DNA of 64,000 nucleotides from NCBI GenBank assembly GCA_965215015.1, contig OZ244042.1, forward strand, positions 3,776,001-3,840,000, written 5' to 3'. Positions 47,196-57,946 of the stretch are shown piece by piece. The notes below the pieces were generated by a model. That model was given only the letters and a program-made list of their open reading frames with translations, was not told the DNA's origin and did not search any database. Origin of the DNA: Candidatus Poribacteria bacterium. Lineage in GTDB: Bacteria; Poribacteria; WGA-4E; PCPOR2b. A program made the translations under genes and the position numbers. Each line of letters opens with the position of its first letter. Position 1 is the first letter of the stretch.

Positions 47196-48665
47196 ATGCC
47201 GTTATATGAATTAACAGCCCACGAACTTCATGAAAAATTGAAAGCGCGGGAGATTACTGCTGTCGAACTGACGCAGTCGATGTATGACCGAATTGGTGAG
47301 GTCGAAGGGCAGATAAAAGGTTACTTAACACTGACCGAAGATATTGCACTTGAGGGTGCCGCAGCTGCGGACGCAGGCTTTCAACGCGGCGATGAAATGC
47401 CTCCGTTGGCAGGAATCCCGATTGCGGTCAAGGATGTGATCTGTACCAAAGGTGTGTTGACGACGTGTGGCTCTGAGATTTTGGGGAACTTTGTCTCCCC
47501 CTACGACGCAACCGTGATGACTAAACTCCATCAGCAGGGACCTGTCATGCTTGGCAAAACGAACATGGATGAATTTGCGATGGGATCATCAACTGAAAAT
47601 TCGGCGTATCAGACTACGCGCAATCCGTGGAATCTGGAAACTATCCCCGGCGGATCCAGCGGCGGCTCCGCAGCCGTTGTCTCTGCCGGCGAAGCGATCT
47701 GCTCGCTTGGATCCGACACCGGCGGCTCGATTCGGCAACCTGCCGCCCTGTGCGGCGTCGTGGGGCTGAAGCCAACCTACGGGCGCGTCTCACGGTTTGG
47801 ACTGGTGGCGTTTGCATCGTCCTTGGATCAGATTGGCCCTTTCTCCAAAGATGTAACCGACTGCGCCTTACTGCTCAACGCGATTTGCGGACATGATCCG
47901 ATGGATTCGACTTCGGCAAATCTACCCGTTCCGGATTTTACCAAGTCTTTAATTAACAACCTCAAAGGGGTCAAAGCTGGTATTCCGAAAGAGTATTTTA
48001 CGGCTGGAATTGATCCTGAGGTAGAAGAGAGCGTCCGAAGCTCAATCGAGGTTCTTCAGGAAAACGGGGCAACTATTGAGGAGATCTCCCTACCCCACAC
48101 CGACTACGCGATGGCAACATATTATATCGTTGCGCCCGCTGAGGCGAGCGCGAATCTAGCGCGGTACGACGGTGTCCGGTACGGTTTCCGCGCCGAAGCC
48201 ACTGAAGAGTTGGACGATATGTACAGAAAGACACGGACCGAAGGTTTCGGCGAGGAGGTTAAGCGCCGTATCATGCTCGGCACTTACGCACTCAGTTCGG
48301 GATATTACGATGCCTACTACCTAAAAGCACAAAAAGTCCGGACCCTGATTAAATCCGATTTTGATAAAGCCTTTGAAAAAGTTGATGTGGTCGTGACGCC
48401 AACTTCGCCGACGGCGGCGTTCAAAATTGGTGAGCGGGCAGCAGATCCGTTGCAGATGTATCTCTCAGATGTCCTGACAACGCCGGCGAGCCTCGCGGGT
48501 TTGCCGGGAATTTCCATACCGTGTGGTTTGACGCAGGACGCTTTACCCATCGGCTTGCAAATTCTTGCCGCCCCGTTTGATGAGGGGAAAATTCTACAGG
48601 TGGCGTATACGTTTGAGCAGCATACCGACCACCATCGGCAGCGACCACACTTGTCCTCGATTTGA
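47196..48665 (+). CDS. gatA: Asp/Glu-tRNA amidotransferase subunit A
   Basis: [42 protein letters not shown]. Confidence 0.97.
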   Translation: MPLYELTAHELHEKLKAREITAVELTQSMYDRIGEVEGQIKGYLTLTEDIALEGAAAADAGFQRGDEMPPLAGIPIAVKDVICTKGVLTTCGSEILGNFVSPYDATVMTKLHQQGPVMLGKTNMDEFAMGSSTENSAYQTTRNPWNLETIPGGSSGGSAAVVSAGEAICSLGSDTGGSIRQPAALCGVVGLKPTYGRVSRFGLVAFASSLDQIGPFSKDVTDCALLLNAICGHDPMDSTSANLPVPDFTKSLINNLKGVKAGIPKEYFTAGIDPEVEESVRSSIEVLQENGATIEEISLPHTDYAMATYYIVAPAEASANLARYDGVRYGFRAEATEELDDMYRKTRTEGFGEEVKRRIMLGTYALSSGYYDAYYLKAQKVRTLIKSDFDKAFEKVDVVVTPTSPTAAFKIGERAADPLQMYLSDVLTTPASLAGLPGISIPCGLTQDALPIGLQILAAPFDEGKILQVAYTFEQHTDHHRQRPHLSSI

Positions 48666-48695
48666 TGGGGGCTCTGTGAAACGTGGAGGGAACTC

Positions 48696-49598
48696 ATGGG
48701 CACCTTAAACAGTTTTGACTTCAAGCGAAAGAAATATATGCCGGTCTTTCCAAGAGCTACTGGAAAGCCCACGGTTTACATCGAGGGTTATCCCTCGGAG
48801 GACGATGAGCCAATGGCTGCAACCGGATTTCATGGCGTGCAGATTCGGATTTTCAGCGACCAACTCGTGCGTTATTTTAGCATCGAATCGTTTGTCTACA
48901 TCGGTATTGACAGTTTTATCTATTATCGCGAAGGGGATCGAACGAAGTTTGTTGCTCCTGATATTTACGTCGTCTTAGGTGCAGAGAAGTATCCAGAGCG
49001 GCGGAGTTTCTATACTTGGGCAGAGGGTGCTATCCCTACGGTTGTGTTTGAATTCCTTTCCGATTCCACAGCGGCTCAGGACCGTGGGGCAAAGTTGAGA
49101 CAATACCTCCTTGACATGGGGGTGGCGGAGTATTTCATCCATCAACCCGAAGGGGACAAGCCGCCAGAATTTCATGGTTGGCGTCGAAGTCCTGCCGGTG
49201 AAATTGAGGGTATCCCGCCAGATGCTGAAGGGGGATTGTTTAGCGATAGCTTGAATCTATGGTTCCGTTGGGAGGATTACCCCGGCAAGGTCCGGCTTTT
49301 ACGCCCGTATCTACCTGATGGCACCCTGATCACGACTTCCCCAGAGGAGGTGCAGCTTCGACAGCAGGCCGAGGCGTTTGCCCAAGCAGAAGCCGAGCAC
49401 AGACGTCAAGCAGAAACACGCGCCTTGGAGGAGGCACAACGTCGCCAACATGCAGAAGCACGGGCTCTAGAGGAAGCACAACGACGCCAACACGCAGAAG
49501 CACGGGCTCTAGAAGAAGCACAACGCCGCCAACAGATAGAGTCCGAATTAGAAAGACTTCGCGCACAACTGGCTGCTTCAGAGGCCGATGACAGCTAG
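48696..49598 (+). CDS. Uma2 family (PD-(D/E)xK) endonuclease with C-terminal coiled-coil repeats
   Basis: VAPDIYVV, VVFEFLSDST, GVAEYF, and about three 14-aa repeats RRQHAEARALEEAQ. Confidence 0.88.
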   Translation: MGTLNSFDFKRKKYMPVFPRATGKPTVYIEGYPSEDDEPMAATGFHGVQIRIFSDQLVRYFSIESFVYIGIDSFIYYREGDRTKFVAPDIYVVLGAEKYPERRSFYTWAEGAIPTVVFEFLSDSTAAQDRGAKLRQYLLDMGVAEYFIHQPEGDKPPEFHGWRRSPAGEIEGIPPDAEGGLFSDSLNLWFRWEDYPGKVRLLRPYLPDGTLITTSPEEVQLRQQAEAFAQAEAEHRRQAETRALEEAQRRQHAEARALEEAQRRQHAEARALEEAQRRQQIESELERLRAQLAASEADDS

Positions 49599-49652
49599 AT
49601 AGTGAAATGGCAGATATAGGCATCTGCCTCTCCCCAGAAAGGGTCAAACACA

Positions 49653-50138
49653 ATGAATAGTACATACAAATCCCCACGGCATCTCCCGCTCGCACCGTTG
49701 GGTGGCCTAATTGGTGCGCTGCTTGGGGGTGCCCTCTGGGCAAAATATATTCAATGGACCGGCCTCACCGCCGGGTGGATTGTGCTTGTTATTGGTATCC
49801 TCACAGGTGCCGGTGTGTTGCTAGCAGGCAGGTCAAGGCAGATTTCTATCAGTCTAGTTGCTGCGCTGTTCGCTGTCATGGGAATTCTTCTCGGGAAATA
49901 TCTCGATGTTCAATGGAATGCCCCACAAACAATCACGGTCGCAATCATCGAGAAGCGCGATGCACCGTCAGACGAGCCAAAGCTGGTGGAGACAGAGGGG
50001 ACCAGCACATCGGTATGGCAGCTCATGCGCCATCGGATGGAGTGGATTGATCTGCTCTATTATGTGGTTGCGGCATACATTGCATTTCGCATATCTTACA
50101 GCAGACGTTTATATCGCTTTTTTTTTAGGATGGGATAA
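49653..50138 (+). CDS. Hypothetical membrane protein
   Basis: Four hydrophobic, Gly-rich segments. Confidence 0.65.
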   Translation: MNSTYKSPRHLPLAPLGGLIGALLGGALWAKYIQWTGLTAGWIVLVIGILTGAGVLLAGRSRQISISLVAALFAVMGILLGKYLDVQWNAPQTITVAIIEKRDAPSDEPKLVETEGTSTSVWQLMRHRMEWIDLLYYVVAAYIAFRISYSRRLYRFFFRMG

Positions 50139-50146
50139 TAGTCACT

Positions 50147-51622
50147 ATGCAAAAACGAAAATCGTATCAATTCTATCGGCTCAATTTACTCGGTCGTCTC
50201 ATTGTTTTGGTTCTCATCCTATTCTTGCAACCGACCCTAGGGCTTACACAGGGGGGAAACAACCCGTCCAAGGGTATATTGGATGATGAACTATTAGAGA
50301 ATATCTCGCTGCTCTCAGAAGTGTTGGCGCACATTCAACAGAATCATTTGGATACTCCTGATTCCAAACCCCTCATGTATGGTGCGATTCGAGGGATGTT
50401 GCGGACGCTGGATCCGTACAGTCAATTTTTCCCCCCCGAAAACTATTCGGACTTTCGCACAGAGAGTCGTGGCACTTACGGCGGACTCGGCATGGAGATT
50501 GGTATCCGGAATGATCGGCTCACCATCATCTCCCCATTCAAAGGCACACCTGCCGATAAAGCGGGCCTCCAGAGTGGCGACATTATTAGCCAGATTAAAA
50601 GTGAATCGACAGCCAACATGACAACGACTGACGCTGTTGAACGTCTTCGAGGTGAGCCGGGAACGCAAGTCAGCATCACGATTGTCCGCGAGGGTGAACC
50701 TAGGCCGCTGGAACTCGTGCTGACACGAGATGTTATCCAATACCCGAGTGTCGAATCCAAGATTCTCAAGGAAGATATTGGATATATCCGGATAAACCAA
50801 TTCCGGATCGATAACACGGCCAATGACGTGGATAAGGCGTTTGAAACCTTTAATCAGCAGGAAATAACGGGACTCATTTTGGATCTCCGATCCAACCCGG
50901 GCGGCTCACTTCAATCTGCGGTTGAGGTCGCCAGTGATTTTTTGGAGTCTGAACAATTGATTGTTTATACACAAGGCAAGGCCCCGCGCAAGGAATACCG
51001 TGCCAAGGAAGGCAAACAGCAAAAGCGTTACCCCCTCATCGTCCTTGTCAACGGCGGCAGCGCAAGTGCTTCCGAGATTGTTGCCGGTGCCATAAAAGAT
51101 CATGGACGTGGCTTGGTTATGGGGGAAAAGACCTTTGGGAAAGCCTCTGTGCAGCAAGTGTTTTCACTGAACGGTGGTGCCGCTGTCAAACTGACAGTGG
51201 CACATTACTATAGCCCGAATGGGGTTGACATTCACAAAATTGGTATCGTTCCTGATATTGAAGATCCATGGTTCAGTCGCTCTGAAATTCAGATGCTGCG
51301 GAAACTTCAAAAACATGAGTCAATCAAGAGTTTTATTGAAAAAAACGGTGTTGACATCCTCGCTCAGTTGGAAACGGCCCAGCGCGCCTCAAAAGAGGAT
51401 ACCAAAGCTGCCTCCCTACTGAGAGAATACCAACGACTGGTCAATTCGCTGACAGAGGAAGGGATTGTCTTGAGCAACGTTGGGTTGAAACTCGCAATTG
51501 CGCGCGAGACGACAAACGATCTTGATGAGTACGAATATGATCCGCGAATTATCCGGGCTATCGATCAGTTGCGAGCGTTCAAAATTTATCAGTCAATGCC
51601 GGAAAACGACAACCCAGAATAA
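50147..51622 (+). CDS. ctpA: Carboxy-terminal processing protease (S41 family, PDZ)
   Basis: LDPYSQF, GGLGMEI, LDLRSNPGG, SASASEIVAGA, KTFGKA. Confidence 0.93.
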   Translation: MQKRKSYQFYRLNLLGRLIVLVLILFLQPTLGLTQGGNNPSKGILDDELLENISLLSEVLAHIQQNHLDTPDSKPLMYGAIRGMLRTLDPYSQFFPPENYSDFRTESRGTYGGLGMEIGIRNDRLTIISPFKGTPADKAGLQSGDIISQIKSESTANMTTTDAVERLRGEPGTQVSITIVREGEPRPLELVLTRDVIQYPSVESKILKEDIGYIRINQFRIDNTANDVDKAFETFNQQEITGLILDLRSNPGGSLQSAVEVASDFLESEQLIVYTQGKAPRKEYRAKEGKQQKRYPLIVLVNGGSASASEIVAGAIKDHGRGLVMGEKTFGKASVQQVFSLNGGAAVKLTVAHYYSPNGVDIHKIGIVPDIEDPWFSRSEIQMLRKLQKHESIKSFIEKNGVDILAQLETAQRASKEDTKAASLLREYQRLVNSLTEEGIVLSNVGLKLAIARETTNDLDEYEYDPRIIRAIDQLRAFKIYQSMPENDNPE

Positions 51623-51647
51623 CGAATCAACAATTGAGAACCCCTTT

Positions 51648-52427
51648 ATGATTACCAAACGAATTATTCCGTGCCTCGATGTTCGAGCGGGCAAGGTCAC
51701 AAAAGGAATCGCTTTTCAAGGCAATATTGATGTCGGCAATCCGGTCGAGATGGCGCGGGCGTACTATGAAGGCGGGGTGGACGAGCTTGTGTTTTATGAC
51801 ATCACTGCCAGCAACGAGAGGCGCGACATTATGATTGATGTCGTTTCAGCGGTCGCGGCAGAGATTTTCATCCCGTTCTCCGTGGGCGGTGGGTTACGAA
51901 CGCTGGATGATATGCGCCGCGTCCTCCTCGCGGGGGCGGAGAAGGTAAGTATCGACTCCGGCGCGGTGAGGAATCCACAACTCCTCGCAGAGGGGGCAAA
52001 AGCATTTGGTAGTCAGTGCGTAGTGTTGAGTATGCAGGTCAAGCGGGTCCCGAAAAATGATGAAATCCCAAGTGGTTTTGAAATCTACATTGATGGCGGG
52101 CGTCGTCCAATGGGACTGGATGCCCGCCAGTGGGCGCAACGCGGTGTGGAATTGGGCGCGGGCGAAATTGTGGTCAACAGTATTGATCAGGATGGAACAA
52201 AAGCGGGGTATGACATAGAGCTGACAAAGGCAATAGCGGCGGTTGTTCCGGTCCCCGTCATTGCTTCTGGCGGTGCAGGCAATCCGCAACATATCCGCGA
52301 TGTCTTCATAGAGGGTAATGCCGATGCCGCCATTGTCGCTTCGATTACCCATTATGGTGAATTCTCAATTGAGCATATCAAACGTTATCTTGAGAAAGAA
52401 GGGGTGCCGGTCCGCAATACATGGTAG
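51648..52427 (+). CDS. hisF: Imidazole glycerol phosphate synthase cyclase subunit
   Basis: MITKRIIPCLDV, DELVFYDITAS, VGGG, NSIDQDGTKAGYD, IASGGAG. Confidence 0.96.
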   Translation: MITKRIIPCLDVRAGKVTKGIAFQGNIDVGNPVEMARAYYEGGVDELVFYDITASNERRDIMIDVVSAVAAEIFIPFSVGGGLRTLDDMRRVLLAGAEKVSIDSGAVRNPQLLAEGAKAFGSQCVVLSMQVKRVPKNDEIPSGFEIYIDGGRRPMGLDARQWAQRGVELGAGEIVVNSIDQDGTKAGYDIELTKAIAAVVPVPVIASGGAGNPQHIRDVFIEGNADAAIVASITHYGEFSIEHIKRYLEKEGVPVRNTW

Positions 52428-52442
52428 CCGCTCATCGGTTCA

Positions 52443-54092
52443 TTAGCACATTACTGAACGGCTCGCCTGGAATGTCGGGGCACTCACACTTTCAATGGCG
52501 ATGTTGATGCAAGCAGGTAACCCCGACGTTAGCGCACGCTCAACCGCATGGGTTAGGTCGGTTGGGTGCTGGACAACCTCTCCATGCCCTCCCAACGCCT
52601 CGACCACTTTGTCATAACGTGAGGGCAATAATTCACAACCGACCGTGCGTCCCTCTCCATAATTCTGAATCTGCAACTGATGCTCTGCATTCCAACGTGC
52701 ATCGTTTCCTACAATAGCAATGATAGGTAGGTGGTAGCGCAGCGCGGTATCGAATTCCATTGCGTGATAGCCGAATGTACCATCGCCTAAGAAAACGAAA
52801 ACGGGGCGTTGCGGCTGTGCCAATTTTGCTGCGAGTGCCATCGGGATAGCACTGCCAATAGCACCTGAGGGTCCATTGATGAGACGCTGCTGTGCTTCCA
52901 ACCCCGCTTGTACCCACTGTCCAAACTCGCCGCCGTCGCTGACGAATAGTGCGCCCTCATCGAGGAGCGGTTGAAGTGCCGCACATACGCGCAACGGGTG
53001 AATGGGTTGTTCCATAGAACCACGTGGCTGCTCCCATTCGGTAGGAGTAGCCGTTCGCGCTGCCCTAACTTCTGCCCGCCAAGAATCGTGCTGCCCTTTC
53101 CTTTGCGAGCGTCCAAGGGCTTGTGCTGCGGCTGTCAACTGACGCACTATGCCCGTTGGTTCCCCGTGTATTGTCAGGACAACCTGTTTTTCCGGGCGCA
53201 GCTGCGACGCATCGGCGTCAATCTGGATAAAACGACACCCTTCATCGAAAAAGGGAGGTTGCCCGAAGCGTAGTGAGAAGTCCAGTTTCTTGCCCACTAA
53301 CAATACAAGGTCTGCTTTGCTCAAGCAATTTGTCGCCTGATGCAGCCACGGATCGTTGACCCCCCGCGGGCTTTCCATCGGAAGTGCGAGGATACCTGTT
53401 GCCTCCGACAGCCGCTCTACCTCCGTCCATCGCAAGGGGCGTCCCATTGCGGGTCCTGCCAAGATGAGTGGGTGGGTTGCTTCGGCGAGTTGGTGGAGTA
53501 TATCGTCCAGGTCCCTTGTTGAGGCAACACTTGTGGATGTAGCATCTTTATCCGTTCTTTGAAGGGGATGGGAAGCGACGGGGGCTTCCAAGACATCGGT
53601 GGGTAGACTCAGGTGAACCGGACCGGGACGCCCTTCGCAAGCGAGAGAGAACGCAGCAGCAATGGCTTCGTCCAGATGGTCGGTGTCTTCTACCAACCAC
53701 GCCGCTTTTGTAACTGGCTTGGCGGTAGCGACTTGATCTATCTCCTGAAACGCGCCGCTGCCGATTTGTGCGTGAGGGCAATGCCCGCTTAATAGCACCA
53801 CCGGCGATTCTGCCATCAATGCGACATAGAGCGCGGAGATTGCGTTACAGTGCCCGGGGCCCGCGGTCAACAGTGCCACCCCCGGCTGTTCGGTCAAACG
53901 TCCCCATCCATCCGCCATGTGCACCGCTGCTGCTTCATGGCGTGTGTGGATGAGGTCAACCTCGCGTCCAATGCTCGCATCATATATGGAGAGAATCTGG
54001 TTGCCAGAGAGTGAGAAGATATGCTTAACTCCCGCGGAAACCAAGGATTCTATCAGCAATTCAGCACCGGTCTTTGACATAGGATTTGTCAT
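52443..54092 (-). CDS. Thiamine-diphosphate-dependent enzyme (acetolactate synthase-like / 2-hydroxyacyl-CoA lyase family)
   Basis: TRHEAAAVHMADG, TAGPG, GRPGPVHLSLP, ThDP motif GDGTFG...ND. Confidence 0.9.
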   Translation of the reverse strand: MTNPMSKTGAELLIESLVSAGVKHIFSLSGNQILSIYDASIGREVDLIHTRHEAAAVHMADGWGRLTEQPGVALLTAGPGHCNAISALYVALMAESPVVLLSGHCPHAQIGSGAFQEIDQVATAKPVTKAAWLVEDTDHLDEAIAAAFSLACEGRPGPVHLSLPTDVLEAPVASHPLQRTDKDATSTSVASTRDLDDILHQLAEATHPLILAGPAMGRPLRWTEVERLSEATGILALPMESPRGVNDPWLHQATNCLSKADLVLLVGKKLDFSLRFGQPPFFDEGCRFIQIDADASQLRPEKQVVLTIHGEPTGIVRQLTAAAQALGRSQRKGQHDSWRAEVRAARTATPTEWEQPRGSMEQPIHPLRVCAALQPLLDEGALFVSDGGEFGQWVQAGLEAQQRLINGPSGAIGSAIPMALAAKLAQPQRPVFVFLGDGTFGYHAMEFDTALRYHLPIIAIVGNDARWNAEHQLQIQNYGEGRTVGCELLPSRYDKVVEALGGHGEVVQHPTDLTHAVERALTSGLPACINIAIESVSAPTFQASRSVMC

Positions 54093-54171
54093 GTCCCCTC
54101 TATATCCATCTAAGAATCCACCTTCTCCCAACCCGGGCATACCATATTGGACGGGTTGGGAAATTCCAATT

Positions 54172-54627
54172 TCAACGCGTCTTTATTTTTTTAATCCCCA
54201 AGTACCGTGTCTGTGGAAATCCTGACTCAAGGTGGTCCCAAAAACGCTCCTTCAAAATTGGGGGGCGTACATCCAGCCCCTTCATATCCGCCTTGGAAAA
54301 GAAACGCACATCAACGAGAAAGGTTTCCCCCGGTTCTCTATTGCCAAGCGTGAGGGTCCCTTCAAACCTTTTGCATCGAATAAAAAATTTGCAGAAGTGA
54401 TAGTCAGTTTCGGTATATTCGACGATATAGACGATGCGATCTAACACAACAGATAGACCTGTTTCCTCCATCGTCTCGCGTCGCGCACAATCGAAGATGG
54501 ATTCTGCCCCCTGTAATTTTCCCCCCGGTGGCACCCAAAAATCGTACTGCCCGCTCCTTCTGTGATTGACTAATAGCAGTCGCTTCTGCTGTGTGATTAA
54601 TGCAGCGGCGCTGATTCCATATCTCAT
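54172..54627 (-). CDS. NUDIX hydrolase
   Basis: Nudix box GGKLQGAESIFDCARRETMEETGL. Confidence 0.9.
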   Translation of the reverse strand: MRYGISAAALITQQKRLLLVNHRRSGQYDFWVPPGGKLQGAESIFDCARRETMEETGLSVVLDRIVYIVEYTETDYHFCKFFIRCKRFEGTLTLGNREPGETFLVDVRFFSKADMKGLDVRPPILKERFWDHLESGFPQTRYLGIKKIKTR

Positions 54628-54657
54628 CAGTTTGGTCTCTACCCTTGAACCGTGTTC

Positions 54658-55512
54658 CTATATGGCTGGCGGTCGTCGTGGCGCAATGGGCTCAATAATC
54701 GCCCGTCTTTCTGGGTTCAAACGTCCTAACAGTTGCTCTGAAATGTGATAGTTGAATCGCTCGCGCACATATCTTGGGGAGTAGCGATAGACAATCGTCC
54801 GACGATAACCGGGATTGGTACGTTCTGCAGACCCGTGTGTTATCGCATCGGTGAATAGCAAGACATCTCCCGCATTCAGATACATCTCCTTCACAGCGAT
54901 GGCTGTTCCGGCTGGCTTACCGCTTAGACCATCGTAAACCAAGCCTCTACCGTCCACATTCAGTCGAGGGTGAATTTCGGTACATTTATGGCTGCCCGGT
55001 ATGAGGACAGTGGGTCCGTCGCCTTCACCGATATCGTTGAGTGCCATCAATACGTTGATTTGACCTACCATCCATTCACCTGTGTTGTTCTGGCGAAAGG
55101 TCAAATAACTGAGTGGGACATGTCCACCGCAGTGAATGTGGATGTAACCACCGGGCCCACGGACATTGAGAAAGTTCTCGTGGATAGAAAGCCCATTTAC
55201 GGAAGAGTGGATGTACTTCTTGACCAAGTCAATCCAAGCGGGATAATCTATCAATTTCTCAAAAACAGCACCGCCCTCAATGATATTCTGAAAGTTGACG
55301 CCGTTTTCTTCATTGTATGTGTGCGTTTCCACGTGCCCAATCCAGCGACCTCTTTCACGTGGATTATCATTGGTGGACCACGGTTTTTCGACATAAGATT
55401 TGTGGTCGTCTATCCACCGGTTCATCTCGTCCAAATCTTCCACCGAGATTGCGTTTTCTAAGACGAGATAACCTTGGAGATCAAACAGATAGTCCTGTAC
55501 GTTTTCATCCAT
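54658..55512 (-). CDS. PhyH family Fe(II)/2OG enzyme lacking the HxD carboxylate
   Basis: YLFDLQGYLVL, GDGPTVLIPGSHK, GDVLLFTDAITHGS. The metal motif reads HIHCGG. Confidence 0.82.
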   Translation of the reverse strand: MDENVQDYLFDLQGYLVLENAISVEDLDEMNRWIDDHKSYVEKPWSTNDNPRERGRWIGHVETHTYNEENGVNFQNIIEGGAVFEKLIDYPAWIDLVKKYIHSSVNGLSIHENFLNVRGPGGYIHIHCGGHVPLSYLTFRQNNTGEWMVGQINVLMALNDIGEGDGPTVLIPGSHKCTEIHPRLNVDGRGLVYDGLSGKPAGTAIAVKEMYLNAGDVLLFTDAITHGSAERTNPGYRRTIVYRYSPRYVRERFNYHISEQLLGRLNPERRAIIEPIAPRRPPAI

Positions 55513-55599
55513 TTTTCGCTCCTGACTTACTAACCGAAGTAGTGCCCATGCTCACAAGACGAGGCAACGCGCTACGGATGGTCTCAATTCTAACTTAAT

Positions 55600-55835
55600 T
55601 CACCTTTTGTACAGATGTAGGTGGTCGGAAATCGGCAACTGAAAAGGTTCCTGACGTAATAATCGGGTAAAAAAAACAGCACCTCAATATTTTCGATTTC
55701 GTCGGTTTCAAGATTAAATCGTGCGATGACTTTATCCCCAAGTTCTTCGCTCTCCTGTCCTGGATACGGAACGCAGGTATTTATGTACAGAATATCTGCT
55801 TTACGGTCGTCTTGAAATGTTAGGCGCGTTCCCCT
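55600..55835 (-). pseudogene. DUF2283-family small protein pseudogene (start lost, frameshift)
   Basis: GGAGGAG RBS is followed by AGG instead of ATG. Reads TRLTFQDDRKADILYINTCVPYPGQESEELGDKVIARFNLETDEIENIEVLFF, then frameshifts in a T run to TRLLRQEPFQLPI...*. Confidence 0.7.
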
Positions 55836-55967
55836 TCAATATCTCCTCCCGTTGTCAAGACGAGAATCTCGACGAACTTGGTCAGGGTTAGCCAAAGTAT
55901 CCACTATACATTACTGATAGTTTGGAAGCACAATTGTTGATTCAATTTGTCAAATATCAACTAAGCC

Positions 55968-55993
55968 AGTAGGTCGAGATTCATATCTTGACA
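55968..55993 (+). repeat. REP-like family 3, GTAGGTCGAGATTCATATCT(C/T)GACA (representative copy)
   Basis: Other copies at ~1729, ~3071, ~15321, ~38038 and ~60308, in both orientations. Confidence 0.85.
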
Positions 55994-56236
55994 GCTACTA
56001 GAAACAACCAAATCTACTCGGATAACGTAAGTTGTACATGTCGCCCCGGGACTTTAGGGTGTGCAAATTCGAGATTGCTATACACATATCGCCTCGCCGT
56101 GGCTATGATGGTTCATCGGTTCATTGATGCAATTGATGAACTCTGGAACTAATGAATTTTTGAGGTTACAGCATACGGCGTATGCCTACTCCTAGCAAGT
56201 TGGGCAATTATAGCGAAGCGTGCCCCGCCCCATCTT

Positions 56237-57946
56237 TCATGGATTATACTCGTGCCCGTAGCGGATAGTGTATCGGTAGCCTTGCTCGGTGAGGAAAAGT
56301 TGGCGGTTGATTGCAAATTCCTGGTCTCGCGAATCGCGGGTGACGATTGAGTAGAAGTGTGCGAGCGAACCGTCCGTTTTGGGCCGGAGGATGCGTCCGA
56401 GGCGTTGGGCTTCCTCTTGACGTGAACCGAATGTGCCGGACACCTGAATCGCAACATTCGCATCGGGGAGGTCAATCGCAAAGTTAGCCACCTTGGAAAC
56501 GACAAGCAGCTTAATCTCTCCTCGCCGAAACTGATCATAGAGTTTGCCTCGCTCAAGGTTCGGGGTTTGCCCCATAATCAGGGGTGCATTCAGGTGCTGC
56601 GCTATCCCCTTGAGTTGGTCGATATACTGCCCAATAATAAGTACTTGATTAGCTTGGTGTCGCTCAATCAGTTCGCGTACAATGGTAAATTTGTTCGGAT
56701 TCTCGGAAGCGATGCGGAACTTCTGCCTTGCGCTAGCGACAGCGTAACTCATCCGCAGGTGTTCGGGCAGGTCTACCCGGATTTCGGTGCATTCAGCGGT
56801 CGCAATCCAGCCCTGCCGTTCCAATTCTCGCCAAGGGACATCATACTTCTTCGGTCCAATCAAGCTGAATACATCGTCTTCCCTGCCATCTTCTCGCACC
56901 AGGGTCGCAGTCAATCCGAGGCGACGTTTCCCCTGAATCTCCGCAGTCATCCGAAACACAGGGGCGGGTAACAGGTGAACCTCGTCGTAGATAATCAAGC
57001 CCCAATCCATCTCGGAGAAGATTCCCAAATGAACGAAGGCCTCTGACTTGCTCTTGCGATACGTCAGGATTTGATAGGTGGTCACTGTGATTGGACGGAT
57101 TTCCTTACGGTCGCCGGTGTATTCGCCGATATCTTCCGGTGCAATCGTCGTCTTATCAAGGAATTCATTGATCCACTGGCGTACAGCAATTGTGTTGGTC
57201 GAAAGGATTAGGGTGTGACATTTGGTCTCGAACAAAATGCCAAGCCCAACAATGGTTTTTCCTGCACCACAAGGGAGGACAATCACACCGCTGCCGCCGC
57301 GCACGTCTCCTCCCAGATGAAAAACCTCTGCTGCATCGCGCTGATAGTCGCGCAGGTTGAAGCCTGCCCCCGATTGTGTTATCGGCCGGGGTGCAATCTC
57401 CAGATAGCTGCCGCGGACGTACCCCGCAAGGTCTTTCACTGGGAAGCCAATCTTAATCAACGCTTGCTTGATGTGTCCGCGAAGGTGGTAGGGAACGGAG
57501 ATGGTTTGGGGGTCTATTGGCTTACCGAGCAGATTTCTCACCGATTCGCTATGAGCAATTTCAGCCATGAGTACCGGATCGTCGGAGTGCAAAACCAAGC
57601 CGTTATTTCCAACGCGGTCGGGATTCAGGTCGGCGTGCCTCATCAATCTAACGCGCCCGTAGCGAGAGACATAATCAATAATCTCGGCGATTATGTTTTG
57701 CGGCACGTCGTATTTGGTATACTCATCGAGCGCATCCAAGATAGCCCCGACCTCCATCCCCGCAGCGGCGGCATTCCATAAAGAAAGGGGTGTAATGCGA
57801 TAGGTGTGGATATGTTCGGGGCTCTTTTCCAGCTCTGCAAAGCTAGTAAGCGCGTCTCGCGCTGCTTCATAAAGTGGGCTGTCAACTTCAAGGAGAACTG
57901 TCCGATCACTCTGAACAATTAATGGGTTTTGTGGGTTGTATGGCAT
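56237..57946 (-). CDS. Bacterial XPB/Rad25 family DNA repair helicase
   Basis: N-terminal LIVQSDRTVLLE...ELEKSPEHIHTYRITPLSLWNA, LPCGAGKT, DEVH, GLTAT, QRLGRILR. Confidence 0.93.
   Translation of the reverse strand: MPYNPQNPLIVQSDRTVLLEVDSPLYEAARDALTSFAELEKSPEHIHTYRITPLSLWNAAAAGMEVGAILDALDEYTKYDVPQNIIAEIIDYVSRYGRVRLMRHADLNPDRVGNNGLVLHSDDPVLMAEIAHSESVRNLLGKPIDPQTISVPYHLRGHIKQALIKIGFPVKDLAGYVRGSYLEIAPRPITQSGAGFNLRDYQRDAAEVFHLGGDVRGGSGVIVLPCGAGKTIVGLGILFETKCHTLILSTNTIAVRQWINEFLDKTTIAPEDIGEYTGDRKEIRPITVTTYQILTYRKSKSEAFVHLGIFSEMDWGLIIYDEVHLLPAPVFRMTAEIQGKRRLGLTATLVREDGREDDVFSLIGPKKYDVPWRELERQGWIATAECTEIRVDLPEHLRMSYAVASARQKFRIASENPNKFTIVRELIERHQANQVLIIGQYIDQLKGIAQHLNAPLIMGQTPNLERGKLYDQFRRGEIKLLVVSKVANFAIDLPDANVAIQVSGTFGSRQEEAQRLGRILRPKTDGSLAHFYSIVTRDSRDQEFAINRQLFLTEQGYRYTIRYGHEYNP

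Noticed and set aside
49395-49535. 42-bp repeats in Uma2 and 24-bp repeats in Rpn (~59135-59190) as a novel system
   Set aside because: In-frame low-complexity C-terminal repeats are a known feature of both families.
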